Source of the DNA: a virus
IMG/VR virus record: IMGVR_UViG_3300045988_132972
Length of the DNA stretch: 46,194 nucleotides
Direction: 5' to 3' (one strand)
The first letter of the stretch is position 1; every line of letters starts with the position of its first letter. The position numbers and the translations under genes were made by a program. Positions 1-6,661 of the stretch are shown here, in pieces. The notes beneath the pieces were generated by a model, which was given only the letters and a program-made list of their open reading frames with translations, had not been told where the DNA came from and searched no databases.

Positions 1-104
1 AAGGCGGCTGGCTTTGAGGTTGTAGGCACATATGCTAACCTTGACTGGTTCTCTAATATCTTAGATAGGGAAGCACTTACAGATAAGAAGTGGCTTGCTA
101 TCTG
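1..104. repeat. Terminal direct repeat, identical to 46091..46194 (circular closure or assembly overlap)
   Basis: Read base by base: AAGGCGGCTGGCTTTGAGG...TGGCTTGCTATCTG occurs at both window ends. Confidence 0.97.
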
Positions 105-699
105 GGGACCTGATAATTGTCCGGTAGATTGGGCTGAAATCTGGCAGGATAGTGCGGACGGTTGCATAGATGGTTCGTCTGCAAGGACAGACACAGACAT
201 CTATATGAATGAAGAGACATTTAATACTTATGCAAAGGCTAATACACCGGAATATGAGCCAGAAGAACCTATCCCAGAAAGAGATATAGAAGATGTGGGT
301 ACAATGTACCACGAAGGAAATCACGTTTGTTACAATAGAATCTATTATACAGCCGGCGACTGGACAGATGGAGCAACACCATATTATACAGATGGAGTTA
401 TAACACATGTATATAAAGGAACTAGACACCCTTACCTTATCGGTGATGGAACAGGATTTGTAGATGATAATTGTATTACAGGCCATTATGATGATGAACC
501 TAATGAAACACCACCAGAAGAACAGGAAGATGAGACAGAAGATGTAACATATACTACAGTGGAAACTGGGGAAGGTTTCTGGCAGGTTGCAGAAAGAGCA
601 TTGGGAGACGGTACGAGATATCTTGAATTAGCAGAGTTTAACGATATGGATATTAGTACACCGCTATATGCTGGTATGGAACTTAAACTCCCTAATTAA
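1..699 (+). CDS. Endolysin, 3' part (end of GH25 domain, acidic linker/middle region, C-terminal LysM); the 5' part is at 45704..46090
   Basis: Frame 1 is open from base 1 and runs into ORF 205..699. Base 1 corresponds to 46091, which is in frame with the ATG at 45704. The C-terminus YTTVETGEGFWQVAERALGDGTRYLELAEFNDMDISTPLYAGMELKLP fits LysM. Confidence 0.9.
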   Translation, partial: KAAGFEVVGTYANLDWFSNILDREALTDKKWLAIWGPDNCPVDWAEIWQDSADGCIDGSSARTDTDIYMNEETFNTYAKANTPEYEPEEPIPERDIEDVGTMYHEGNHVCYNRIYYTAGDWTDGATPYYTDGVITHVYKGTRHPYLIGDGTGFVDDNCITGHYDDEPNETPPEEQEDETEDVTYTTVETGEGFWQVAERALGDGTRYLELAEFNDMDISTPLYAGMELKLPN

Positions 700-720
700 T
701 TTTATAATCAAGGCTGAAAA

Positions 721-756
721 GGGGCATATTGCAAAAGCGATATGTCCCTTTTTTTA
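721..756 (+). terminator. Rho-independent terminator after the endolysin
   Basis: GGGGCATAT (721-729) pairs with ATATGTCCC (740-748, one G-U pair), followed by TTTTTTT. Confidence 0.75.
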
Positions 757-782
757 TTGTCCAAAAATATTTGTAAAAACTA

Positions 783-811
783 TTGACACAGTAGGCGATA
801 ACGACTATTAT
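783..811 (+). promoter_or_regulatory. Sigma-A-type promoter of the 917..1474 moron
   Basis: TTGACA (783-788), 17-nt spacer, TATTAT (806-811). Confidence 0.6.
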
Positions 812-839
812 ATAAATGCGGATAGGCGATAACGACTAT
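792..839. repeat. Two 17-bp direct repeats TAGGCGATAACGACTAT (792-808 and 823-839), operator-like
   Basis: Exact repeat with a 31-bp period. The first copy fills the -35/-10 spacer; the second lies just downstream of the -10. Confidence 0.85.
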
Positions 840-916
840 AAGAAAAAGGGTATATATGTTGTAAGAGAAAAAATACGGAATAATAAAAATGATGTATTAT
901 AAAGGAGAATGAGATT

Positions 917-1474
917 ATGACAAATATGGAAATTGTAAAAAAGATGGCAAAGTTAAACATATTATGTGCAAGGTACAGCGAAAGACATAACATAATAAAG
1001 TGTAAAACATGGAGAGATATAGACAGACTTATTACGGGCAATAAAATGACAATTAAGTATAAAGATGCTGCAGATGTTTTGTGTACTAATATATCTAAGA
1101 TGTGCGGTGCAAATGAATACTTGGTTAAAAGCGCTTTAGAATTAAAGGTGGAAATATATAACAGTGACATTAAAGATTTGAGATTCGGTCTTGAGCCACA
1201 GAGAAAGTTCTCAGATGAAGAAAATAAATTGGATCAGGAGTTAATTAAGCAGAAATTCTTTTATAACTCAGAAATGTTAGAGATAAAAGAAGCAGTAGAA
1301 ATTCTCGATGGAACTGTAACAGAAAGTGCTATTAAGCAAGCATGCCAGCAGGAACGTTTACTTAATACACAGAAGATAGGTAAAACGTGGCTTGTAAATG
1401 GACCTGAATGTAGAGCGTACTGGAACATCCCAGATCCATACATAAATGAATCCAAGGTGAATAGAGAATATTAA
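917..1474 (+). CDS. Hypothetical protein with a C-terminal excisionase/MerR-like HTH; moron between the lysis genes and the attachment region
   Basis: ORF track. SD AAAGGAG lies 9 nt upstream. The segment EIKEAVEILDGTVTESAIKQ...QKIGKTWLV resembles the short HTH_17-type motif. The gene has its own promoter and is flanked by terminators. Confidence 0.7.
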   Translation: MTNMEIVKKMAKLNILCARYSERHNIIKCKTWRDIDRLITGNKMTIKYKDAADVLCTNISKMCGANEYLVKSALELKVEIYNSDIKDLRFGLEPQRKFSDEENKLDQELIKQKFFYNSEMLEIKEAVEILDGTVTESAIKQACQQERLLNTQKIGKTWLVNGPECRAYWNIPDPYINESKVNREY

Positions 1475-1481
1475 GAAGTGT

Positions 1482-1530
1482 AAAATGATAGGGATACAGA
1501 TAATATGTAGCTGTATCCTATCATTTTATA
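1482..1530 (+). terminator. Long hairpin terminator after the moron
   Basis: AAAATGATAGGGATACAG (1482-1499) pairs with CTGTATCCTATCATTTT (1511-1527) with a one-base bulge. The T tail is short. Confidence 0.55.
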
Positions 1531-1593
1531 GCTTATTTATTACATTACTTTAAATTACATTATTGAATTGTGATAGCATACACATATAAATAG

Positions 1594-1743
1594 GTAGAAA
1601 AACAGTATATCTTATTGAAGTATGGTGGACCAGATGGCGAGCTTGGAGCATCAATGAGATATCTTTCACAGAGATATTCCATGCCATACAGGGAGGTTGC
1701 CGGATTGCTGACTGATATAGGCACGGAAGAATTAGAACATTGA
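1594..1743 (+). pseudogene. cotJC: Fragment of a cotJC / manganese-catalase-family gene (internal N-proximal ~45 codons only)
   Basis: The open frame reads VEKQYILLKYGGPDGELGASMRYLSQRYSMPYREVAGLLTDIGTEELEH then stop. This matches the conserved CotJC block ..YLIEQYGGADGELAAALRYLNQRYTIP..IGLLTDIGTEEFAHLE. There is no start codon or SD, and the similarity ends at ~1740, 40 nt from the integrase stop. Confidence 0.8.
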
Positions 1744-1765
1744 TGTTGTATGTGGTTGAAAATCC

Positions 1766-1793
1766 CCTGAAACTGCGGGTTTACAGTTTCAGG
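1766..1793 (-). terminator. Perfect 10-bp inverted repeat spanning the integrase stop codon (terminator or part of the att site)
   Basis: CCTGAAACTG (1766-1775), 8-nt loop, CAGTTTCAGG (1784-1793). On the minus strand it is followed by GGGGATTTTC. Confidence 0.4.
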
Positions 1794-3340
1794 AAAATCT
1801 CTAATCTAAAGGGATTATCAACATATCGACCTATTCCCGGAAGGGAAGGACTGTCATTATAATACATGATTTTGTCGATACATGATTTTAGAAGTGTGTT
1901 CTTGTCGGCGGCGGATATAGTGTCGTCGTCAAGTGCTTCAAGACATTCACGGAAGCGCACCAGGCGTTCCTGATAATCTACCAGCTGTGTTGTGGAAGAC
2001 TCTGCTTCATCAAGCTTCAGTTGTGCAATTGATATCTGTTCAGCAAGTTTTGCATTACGCACAACAAATTCTTCTTTGGTGTATATACCGTCCTCATAGG
2101 CGTCTTTCTGCCTCATATCTTTTTCTTTTAATTTCTTTAATTCGCCTTTAAGGTTAGTAATCATTGCTCTATGATATGCAATGTCTGTTTCGTCTTTATT
2201 GTTTACCTTGACTTCAAAATCTTCAATGGACTGTCTTAGAGTTTCCTTTACCCTGTCAATAACTGCATCATACATAACTGATTTAGTATGGCAGTTTGAT
2301 TGATTATTACACAAAAAGGAAACAGACACGGATCCATACTTTTTATCAACAGTACGCTTTCTTGACATTGCGTGTCCGCATGTTCCGCAATATAACAATC
2401 CGGCAAGAGGATTTAGAAGTTGAACATACCTCTTGATTCTTGGCGTTCTGTTACGCTTTGCCTTTGCAGCATAGAATAATTCATCACTTATTATTGCCGG
2501 GTGCTTACCAGGAACACTTATATATTCGCTCTGGCGGGGACGCGTCCTGACAATGGTATCATTCTCCCATTTCTTGATAGTTTTCCTTCTGTTCCAGACA
2601 ACTCTTCCGATATAGGTTTCATTAGCAATCATGCAGGATATGGCAGCAGGACTCCATTCAGCGGAGCGTCTTGGTTTATAGCCAGCCATATCAAGCGCAT
2701 GTGCGATACTCCTAAAACCGTAATCTTTATTAACATATAAATCAAACATAAGCCTGACGGCTTCTGCTTCTTCAGGAACAATCTCAAGAGTGTAATATTT
2801 TTCTTTTCCGGTACCGACACAGATTTTTCTATATCCGTATGGCGCGGAATTACCGATGAAGTTACCGGCTTTAACAGAAGCAATACGACCGCGATTAAGA
2901 ATCTTCTTCGTGTATTCCAGATAATCATTACCACGCGTTAATTCCATTTCAAAAAATTTCCTGTCGTATTCGTCGGATAAGTCGTATGTCTTAGGCGGCG
3001 TAATTACTGCAGTGTTGGTGTATCGAAGAGAATTGATTATGTGGCCACAATCCTGCAGGTCACCACGGGACAATCTTTGCGGTTCAACAACAAGCACGCC
3101 TGACACCAAGCCTGTCTCTAATATCTTCATTACATGCTGCATAACAGGACGGTCCTTAATTGTCTCTCCAGACACAACCTCTCTGTATATTCTGTCTTCC
3201 GGAATGCGCGCACCCCATTCTCTTACGGCGTATTCCTGCAGTATGTTCTCATGTCTGAAAAGCACTTCCTCAACGGTAGTTGCCGGATCATCTGACCGGG
3301 ACTTTCTTAAATAGATAATTACATGTTCAAAATCAGCCAT
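1781..3340 (-). CDS. Large serine recombinase (phage integrase)
   Basis: 519 aa. N-terminal resolvase-type catalytic motif IIYLRKSRSDD. Recombinase-domain motif APYGYRK...EEAEAVRLMFDLY. Zinc ribbon CGTCGH...CNNQSNCH. C-terminal coiled coil. SD AAGGAG precedes the ATG. Confidence 0.93.
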   Translation of the reverse strand: MADFEHVIIYLRKSRSDDPATTVEEVLFRHENILQEYAVREWGARIPEDRIYREVVSGETIKDRPVMQHVMKILETGLVSGVLVVEPQRLSRGDLQDCGHIINSLRYTNTAVITPPKTYDLSDEYDRKFFEMELTRGNDYLEYTKKILNRGRIASVKAGNFIGNSAPYGYRKICVGTGKEKYYTLEIVPEEAEAVRLMFDLYVNKDYGFRSIAHALDMAGYKPRRSAEWSPAAISCMIANETYIGRVVWNRRKTIKKWENDTIVRTRPRQSEYISVPGKHPAIISDELFYAAKAKRNRTPRIKRYVQLLNPLAGLLYCGTCGHAMSRKRTVDKKYGSVSVSFLCNNQSNCHTKSVMYDAVIDRVKETLRQSIEDFEVKVNNKDETDIAYHRAMITNLKGELKKLKEKDMRQKDAYEDGIYTKEEFVVRNAKLAEQISIAQLKLDEAESSTTQLVDYQERLVRFRECLEALDDDTISAADKNTLLKSCIDKIMYYNDSPSLPGIGRYVDNPFRLEIFLKL

Positions 3341-3394
3341 ATTATAACCACTCCTTAATTAAATATATTGAAAAAAGGGTATAAAAATAACACC

Positions 3395-3450
3395 TTGCAT
3401 GGAAGGTGTCTAAAATGGTATAATATAGCTTGCTTAAGGCGATTATACCA
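3395..3450. promoter_or_regulatory. Face-to-face extended -10 elements forming a 9-bp inverted repeat (TGGTATAAT / ATTATACCA) between int and the HTH gene
   Basis: Plus strand: TTGCAT (3395-3400), 18 nt, TGgTATAAT (3416-3424). Minus strand: TGGTATAAT is the complement of 3442-3450 and points toward int. Confidence 0.45.
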
Positions 3451-3503
3451 TAAGGGAAATCTTTTTGTTTTTAGATACCTCTTATGCTTGGTCGGATAAA
3501 AAG

Positions 3504-3535
3504 TCTCTGTCTGCAAACAGGGGCTTTTTATTTTT
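3504..3535 (+). terminator. Terminator-like hairpin with a T tract upstream of the 3592 HTH gene
   Basis: TCTCTGT (3504-3510) pairs with ACAGGGG (3517-3523, two G-U pairs), followed by CTTTTTATTTTT. Confidence 0.4.
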
Positions 3536-3591
3536 ACCCTGATATTATTAATTTAACCTATCCTTGTGCATAATAAGCACAGGAGGTGAAA

Positions 3592-3789
3592 ATGAAAATC
3601 CTTACCTGGCAGGCACGAAACGATAAGAGAATATCGCTTGTTAAACTGTCACAAATGACAGGTATAAGCAAGAGTACTCTTAATAATATTGAAAATGAAA
3701 AAGTTTCTCCTACCATGGCGGAACTGGAAGCCATTGCAAAAGCCCTTGATGTTAGAATAACAGACCTTTTCGATAGCGATTATAAGTAA
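3592..3789 (+). CDS. XRE/Cro-C1-family HTH regulator (65 aa)
   Basis: MKILTWQARNDKRISLVKLSQMTGISKSTLNNIENEKVSPTMAELEAIAKAL is a classic HTH_3 pattern. AGGAGG lies 5 nt before the ATG at 3592; the track's GTG at 3586 overlaps the SD. Confidence 0.85.
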   Translation: MKILTWQARNDKRISLVKLSQMTGISKSTLNNIENEKVSPTMAELEAIAKALDVRITDLFDSDYK

Positions 3790-3872
3790 ATTTCCATAAT
3801 TCTGGAAATATTATGCAAAAATGACAAAAATTATTGCATTAATGTTATAGTACAGAAAAGGGGGGCATGCAT

Positions 3873-3980
3873 ATGGATTATAAAAACCAAATAATCAAAA
3901 TGGTAAGTAACATTAATGAAGAGAGATATCTCAGATACATATATGTACTTATCAGAGAACTATTAGGCGAAGCTGTCTAA
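3873..3980 (+). CDS. Small hypothetical protein (35 aa)
   Basis: Found by hand: MDYKNQIIKMVSNINEERYLRYIYVLIRELLGEAV. SD AAAGGGGGG is upstream and a terminator follows directly. Confidence 0.5.
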   Translation: MDYKNQIIKMVSNINEERYLRYIYVLIRELLGEAV

Positions 3981-3984
3981 TAAT

Positions 3985-4015
3985 TAGCCGGGTGAAAAAG
4001 CCCGGCTATTCTTTT
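3985..4015. terminator. Bidirectional terminator between convergent genes
   Basis: TAGCCGGG (3985-3992) pairs with CCCGGCTA (4001-4008), followed by TTCTTTT. Confidence 0.75.
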
Positions 4016-4397
4016 AGTCAGAATTATGTAAATCATCAATACCACACAATTCTTTTGCTCTCTTCTCCAGGTACTGCCATTCTTCAACACTTAAATTAGA
4101 AAGTATCGAAATAAGCCTGTTCTTAAAAGAGTCTGATTCCTCATCAAGAAGCTGCTTAGTCAGTCTGGCAATATCCGCATTCCTATCAACAGGCAAGAAC
4201 ATTTCGCCGGTGCCGTTGCGCAGCCATTCCTCACTCACATTGAATTCTTTACACAAAACCTTAACTGATTGCTCTGAAAGATTTCTGTTTCCGTTCTCAA
4301 TCAATGAAATATAGTTTTTGGTTAAGCCTAGTTTTTCGGCGAATATGTCTTGCGACATTCCCAACACTTTTCGCAGGGCTTTAATTCGTTCGTTCAA
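4014..4397 (-). CDS. CI-like repressor, XRE-family HTH with a C-terminal extension
   Basis: MNERIKALRKVLGMSQDIFAEKLGLTKNYISLIENGNRNLSEQSVKVLCKEF. TTG start with SD AAAGGAGG 8 nt upstream. It faces a divergent promoter pair. Confidence 0.88.
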   Translation of the reverse strand: MNERIKALRKVLGMSQDIFAEKLGLTKNYISLIENGNRNLSEQSVKVLCKEFNVSEEWLRNGTGEMFLPVDRNADIARLTKQLLDEESDSFKNRLISILSNLSVEEWQYLEKRAKELCGIDDLHNSD

Positions 4398-4420
4398 ATT
4401 ACTTGCCTCCTTTCAAAGAT

Positions 4421-4449
4421 ACAATAACACCAAAATCACACAATGTCAA
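4421..4449 (-). promoter_or_regulatory. Leftward promoter of the repressor gene
   Basis: On the minus strand: TTGACA (complement of 4444-4449), 17 nt, TATTGT (complement of 4421-4426). Confidence 0.6.
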
Positions 4450-4469
4450 ACATTTTTAAATAAAATAGA

Positions 4470-4498
4470 TTGACATGTATAACAATGTGTGATATTGT
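4470..4498 (+). promoter_or_regulatory. Rightward promoter, mirror image of the repressor promoter
   Basis: TTGACA (4470-4475), 17 nt, TATTGT (4493-4498). The half-sites TCACACAATG (4436-4445) and CAATGTGTGA (4483-4492) form an inverted pair, one in each spacer. Confidence 0.6.
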
Positions 4499-4543
4499 AA
4501 TCATACAAAGTCAAACAGAAAGGAGAAAAGAACATTGCTATGT

Positions 4544-4574
4544 AAAGAGAAAGCCGTCGAAAAACTCCGACGGC
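4544..4574 (-). terminator. Terminator of minus-strand gene 4618..4944
   Basis: GCCGTCG (4553-4559) pairs with CGACGGC (4568-4574). The minus strand continues with TTTCTCTTT; there is no T tail on the plus strand. Confidence 0.65.
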
Positions 4575-4617
4575 TCCTTAATACAAATATAACCAGCAAC
4601 AAAAAGATAACTATTTC

Positions 4618-4944
4618 TTATTGTAATGAAGATTCAAAAACAGAAAGAAGCTTATTGATGGTAAAAAGATAATTTGCACATTCTTTCTTTACAGATGTAT
4701 CAACATTTAATTCACCAGAATTAATTAATTGCGCTGCTTGTAAAGAGCAATATATAATCCGCAACTCATTAGCGGAGAAATTATCTTCATGCTTTATAAG
4801 CTTAGTACCGGCTGAAACACAAAGTTGATAATTGATTTCAGCTTGTACATCACTTTGTTCAATATTGATAGAAGGAAGAATAGAAAGTGCATAAGTAATG
4901 GCTTTAATATCAGCTTCTGTCAAAGAATAAGAAAAGTTTTTCAA
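4618..4944 (-). CDS. Hypothetical protein (108 aa), independently promoted
   Basis: ORF track. A TTG start at 4944 sits 8 nt after AAGGAGG; the track's GTG at 4953 overlaps the SD. Confidence 0.65.
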   Translation of the reverse strand: MKNFSYSLTEADIKAITYALSILPSINIEQSDVQAEINYQLCVSAGTKLIKHEDNFSANELRIIYCSLQAAQLINSGELNVDTSVKKECANYLFTINKLLSVFESSLQ

Positions 4945-4996
4945 TTTTATCACCTCCTTGTTATATCATATCAGTTCCACGATAACTGACATACTT

Positions 4997-5005
4997 ATTA
5001 TAACA
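4997..5005 (-). promoter_or_regulatory. Extended -10 element TGTTATAAT for gene 4618..4944
   Basis: Complement of ATTATAACA. It lies 53 nt upstream of the start codon. Confidence 0.5.
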
Positions 5006-5025
5006 AAAAGGAAAGAAAAGGAAAA

Positions 5026-5057
5026 TTAAAAAAGCTGGTGCGGAAATCCGCACCAGC
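5026..5057 (-). terminator. Terminator of minus-strand gene 5132..5590
   Basis: GCTGGTGCGG (5034-5043) pairs with CCGCACCAGC (5048-5057). The minus strand continues with TTTTTTAATTTT. Confidence 0.8.
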
Positions 5058-5131
5058 CCTCAGAAAGGAGTGATAAATCATAATCGCCTTAGCAATCATA
5101 CTATTAATTTTAAACTTCATAGCCTCACATT

Positions 5132-5590
5132 TTATTTTTGAAGAGGCTTGCGACTGGTTAGCTGTAGCAATGGCTCTGGTAGACGGCATTTTCGTAATAG
5201 TATTCTGTAGTCTAAGAGGATAAGGTTAGACAACAAACCAAAGGAATAGTTAAGCTGATTTTCTGATTCAACACTGGAAAAACTTGAATCAATCCAAGTA
5301 GCGTACACTCTGTACACATTGCAATAACAATCTTGAGAGATTGTTTCGAGGTAATGAAGATTATTACTAAGAATGTCAAATATTTCTTTGATTTCTTCAA
5401 TACTCAAATCGGTAAGCTTTCTGGTTGAAAGCATTTTAGTGCAGTAAATACGATAAAAGGGAACATACAACTTATTAAGTCTTTCCATATCAATATCAAG
5501 CTTGAACATGGCTATATCCTTTTTGTGATTAAGGTACACAACGAAGAAAGTGCCGAACATAGCAATAATAGCTACGATATCTGAAAGCAT
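5132..5590 (-). CDS. Hypothetical membrane-anchored protein (152 aa)
   Basis: The ATG at 5590 follows AGAGGAGG. The N-terminus MLSDIVAIIAMFGTFFVVYL is a predicted TM helix. The gene has its own promoter and terminator. Confidence 0.7.
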   Translation of the reverse strand: MLSDIVAIIAMFGTFFVVYLNHKKDIAMFKLDIDMERLNKLYVPFYRIYCTKMLSTRKLTDLSIEEIKEIFDILSNNLHYLETISQDCYCNVYRVYATWIDSSFSSVESENQLNYSFGLLSNLILLDYRILLRKCRLPEPLLQLTSRKPLQK

Positions 5591-5641
5591 GGTATCACCT
5601 CCTCTGCTGTAATAATCAGTCCTGGTACGACTGTTATGGTT

Positions 5642-5650
5642 ATTATAGCA
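5642..5650 (-). promoter_or_regulatory. Extended -10 element TGCTATAAT for gene 5132..5590
   Basis: Complement of ATTATAGCA. It lies 52 nt upstream of the start codon. The leader contains the hairpin CAGTC..GACTG. Confidence 0.5.
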
Positions 5651-5694
5651 GAAGAGTAGACGAAACAACAGACAAGGAAAGAAAGGAGACTGCA

Positions 5695-6069
5695 GTGGAG
5701 ATTATATCTACAGATATCACTTTAAATACAAATGAAGAAAATACAGTTGTGCGCTTAGATCTGACGGAAGAACAGTACAAAGATATCATAGAAAAATATG
5801 GCACGAAACATGTAATTACAAGGACGTACAAAAAGATGCCATACGAACTTGATAATAAAAATCTTTTTTTTAAGTATGATATCCGCACAGAAGCACTTGA
5901 AAAATCAATATTAATTACAGAAGGATTGGCTACGGCTATCCAAAAAGCAATGTTAAAAAAAGGCGCCTTCCAGCTGGAATTAACATACAACCCAGAAGAC
6001 GCTATAGCCAGAGTGGCTATTTATCTCCCTGATGAATCAACTTTAAGTGACAATTGTCAGGAAGCTTAA
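5695..6069 (+). CDS. Hypothetical protein (124 aa)
   Basis: ORF track. GTG start 6 nt after AAAGGAG. Confidence 0.6.
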   Translation: MEIISTDITLNTNEENTVVRLDLTEEQYKDIIEKYGTKHVITRTYKKMPYELDNKNLFFKYDIRTEALEKSILITEGLATAIQKAMLKKGAFQLELTYNPEDAIARVAIYLPDESTLSDNCQEA

Positions 6070-6235
6070 GCGGTATGAGATATTCAGAACTTTCTAACTC
6101 AAACTGGATATGAAAGACATTATCCGGATAATGATAAGCACCTGTTACAGTCTGCTGATTAATACGCTCTATTATAGCGGCTCTTTCAGAAGCAGGTAAT
6201 TCTGATATCTCTATTTCGTAAATACTAAGCGACAT
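6017..6235 (-). CDS. Hypothetical protein (72 aa)
   Basis: ORF track. SD GAGAGGAGGGG. It is preceded by the duplicated 40-bp leader and overlaps the 3' end of 5695..6069 by 53 nt. Confidence 0.6.
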   Translation of the reverse strand: MSLSIYEIEISELPASERAAIIERINQQTVTGAYHYPDNVFHIQFELESSEYLIPLKLPDNCHLKLIHQGDK

Positions 6236-6241
6236 ATAACC

Positions 6242-6281
6242 CCTCCTCTCATATGTACTAGGGAATGGCGGTTCCCAGTGA
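6242..6281 (-). repeat. 40-bp leader cassette, copy 1 (5' UTR with palindrome plus SD)
   Basis: CCTCCTCTCATATGTACTAGGGAATGGCGGTTCCCAGTGA, 39/40 identical to 6811-6850. Confidence 0.9.
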
Positions 6282-6285
6282 GTTC

Positions 6286-6294
6286 ATTATAACA
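6286..6294 (-). promoter_or_regulatory. Extended -10 element TGTTATAAT for gene 6017..6235
   Basis: Complement of ATTATAACA. It lies 51 nt upstream of the start codon. Confidence 0.5.
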
Positions 6295-6345
6295 GAGGAG
6301 GAAAGAAAAGGAAAAAATTAAAAAGCTAGTGCAGAAAGGAGCAGC

Positions 6346-6504
6346 ATGGAAGCGAATGTATTTATTAAAACAGAAGAATGCGAAGCTTGCATAAAGGAAA
6401 TTGAAGAAGCTCTGGAAGAGTACAAGGAATGCGTTGATGAACTTAAGAAGTTAGAAACTGCTCAGGAAGGAGGAGTGACAGATGGAAATGCCATGCATGA
6501 TTGA
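6346..6504 (+). CDS. Small hypothetical acidic protein (52 aa)
   Basis: Found by hand: MEANVFIKTEECEACIKEIEEALEEYKECVDELKKLETAQEGGVTDGNAMHD. SD AAAGGAG lies 5 nt upstream. Confidence 0.5.
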   Translation: MEANVFIKTEECEACIKEIEEALEEYKECVDELKKLETAQEGGVTDGNAMHD

Positions 6505-6661
6505 CTTTAAAGATAAAAAGGTAGCGGATATTTGTTCAAGAATGCAAAAAGCATCTAAAAAAATCACAAGCGCGGCATACAAGCTGGAGTGGTTGTTTAT
6601 AGGAATGGAAACGGCTGCCGCAAACAAGGCGACAGCCACTAAAACTAATCGAGAGCGTTAA
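6482..6661 (+). CDS. Small hypothetical protein (59 aa)
   Basis: Found by hand: MEMPCMIDFKDKKVADICSRMQKASKKITSAAYKLEWLFIGMETAAANKATATKTNRER. SD GGAAGGAGGAG is upstream. It overlaps the previous ORF. Confidence 0.5.
   Translation: MEMPCMIDFKDKKVADICSRMQKASKKITSAAYKLEWLFIGMETAAANKATATKTNRER

Noticed and set aside
61-1170. Minus-strand ORFs 61..486 and 808..1170.
   Set aside because: They are antisense to the endolysin and the moron gene. They are Cys/Ile/Phe-rich shadow frames without SD sites.
1715-1770. An attempt to define the attP core as an imperfect inverted repeat around ~1741.
   Set aside because: Only weak symmetry (about 5 of 10 positions) is visible by eye. The crossover cannot be placed without attB/attL/attR sequences.
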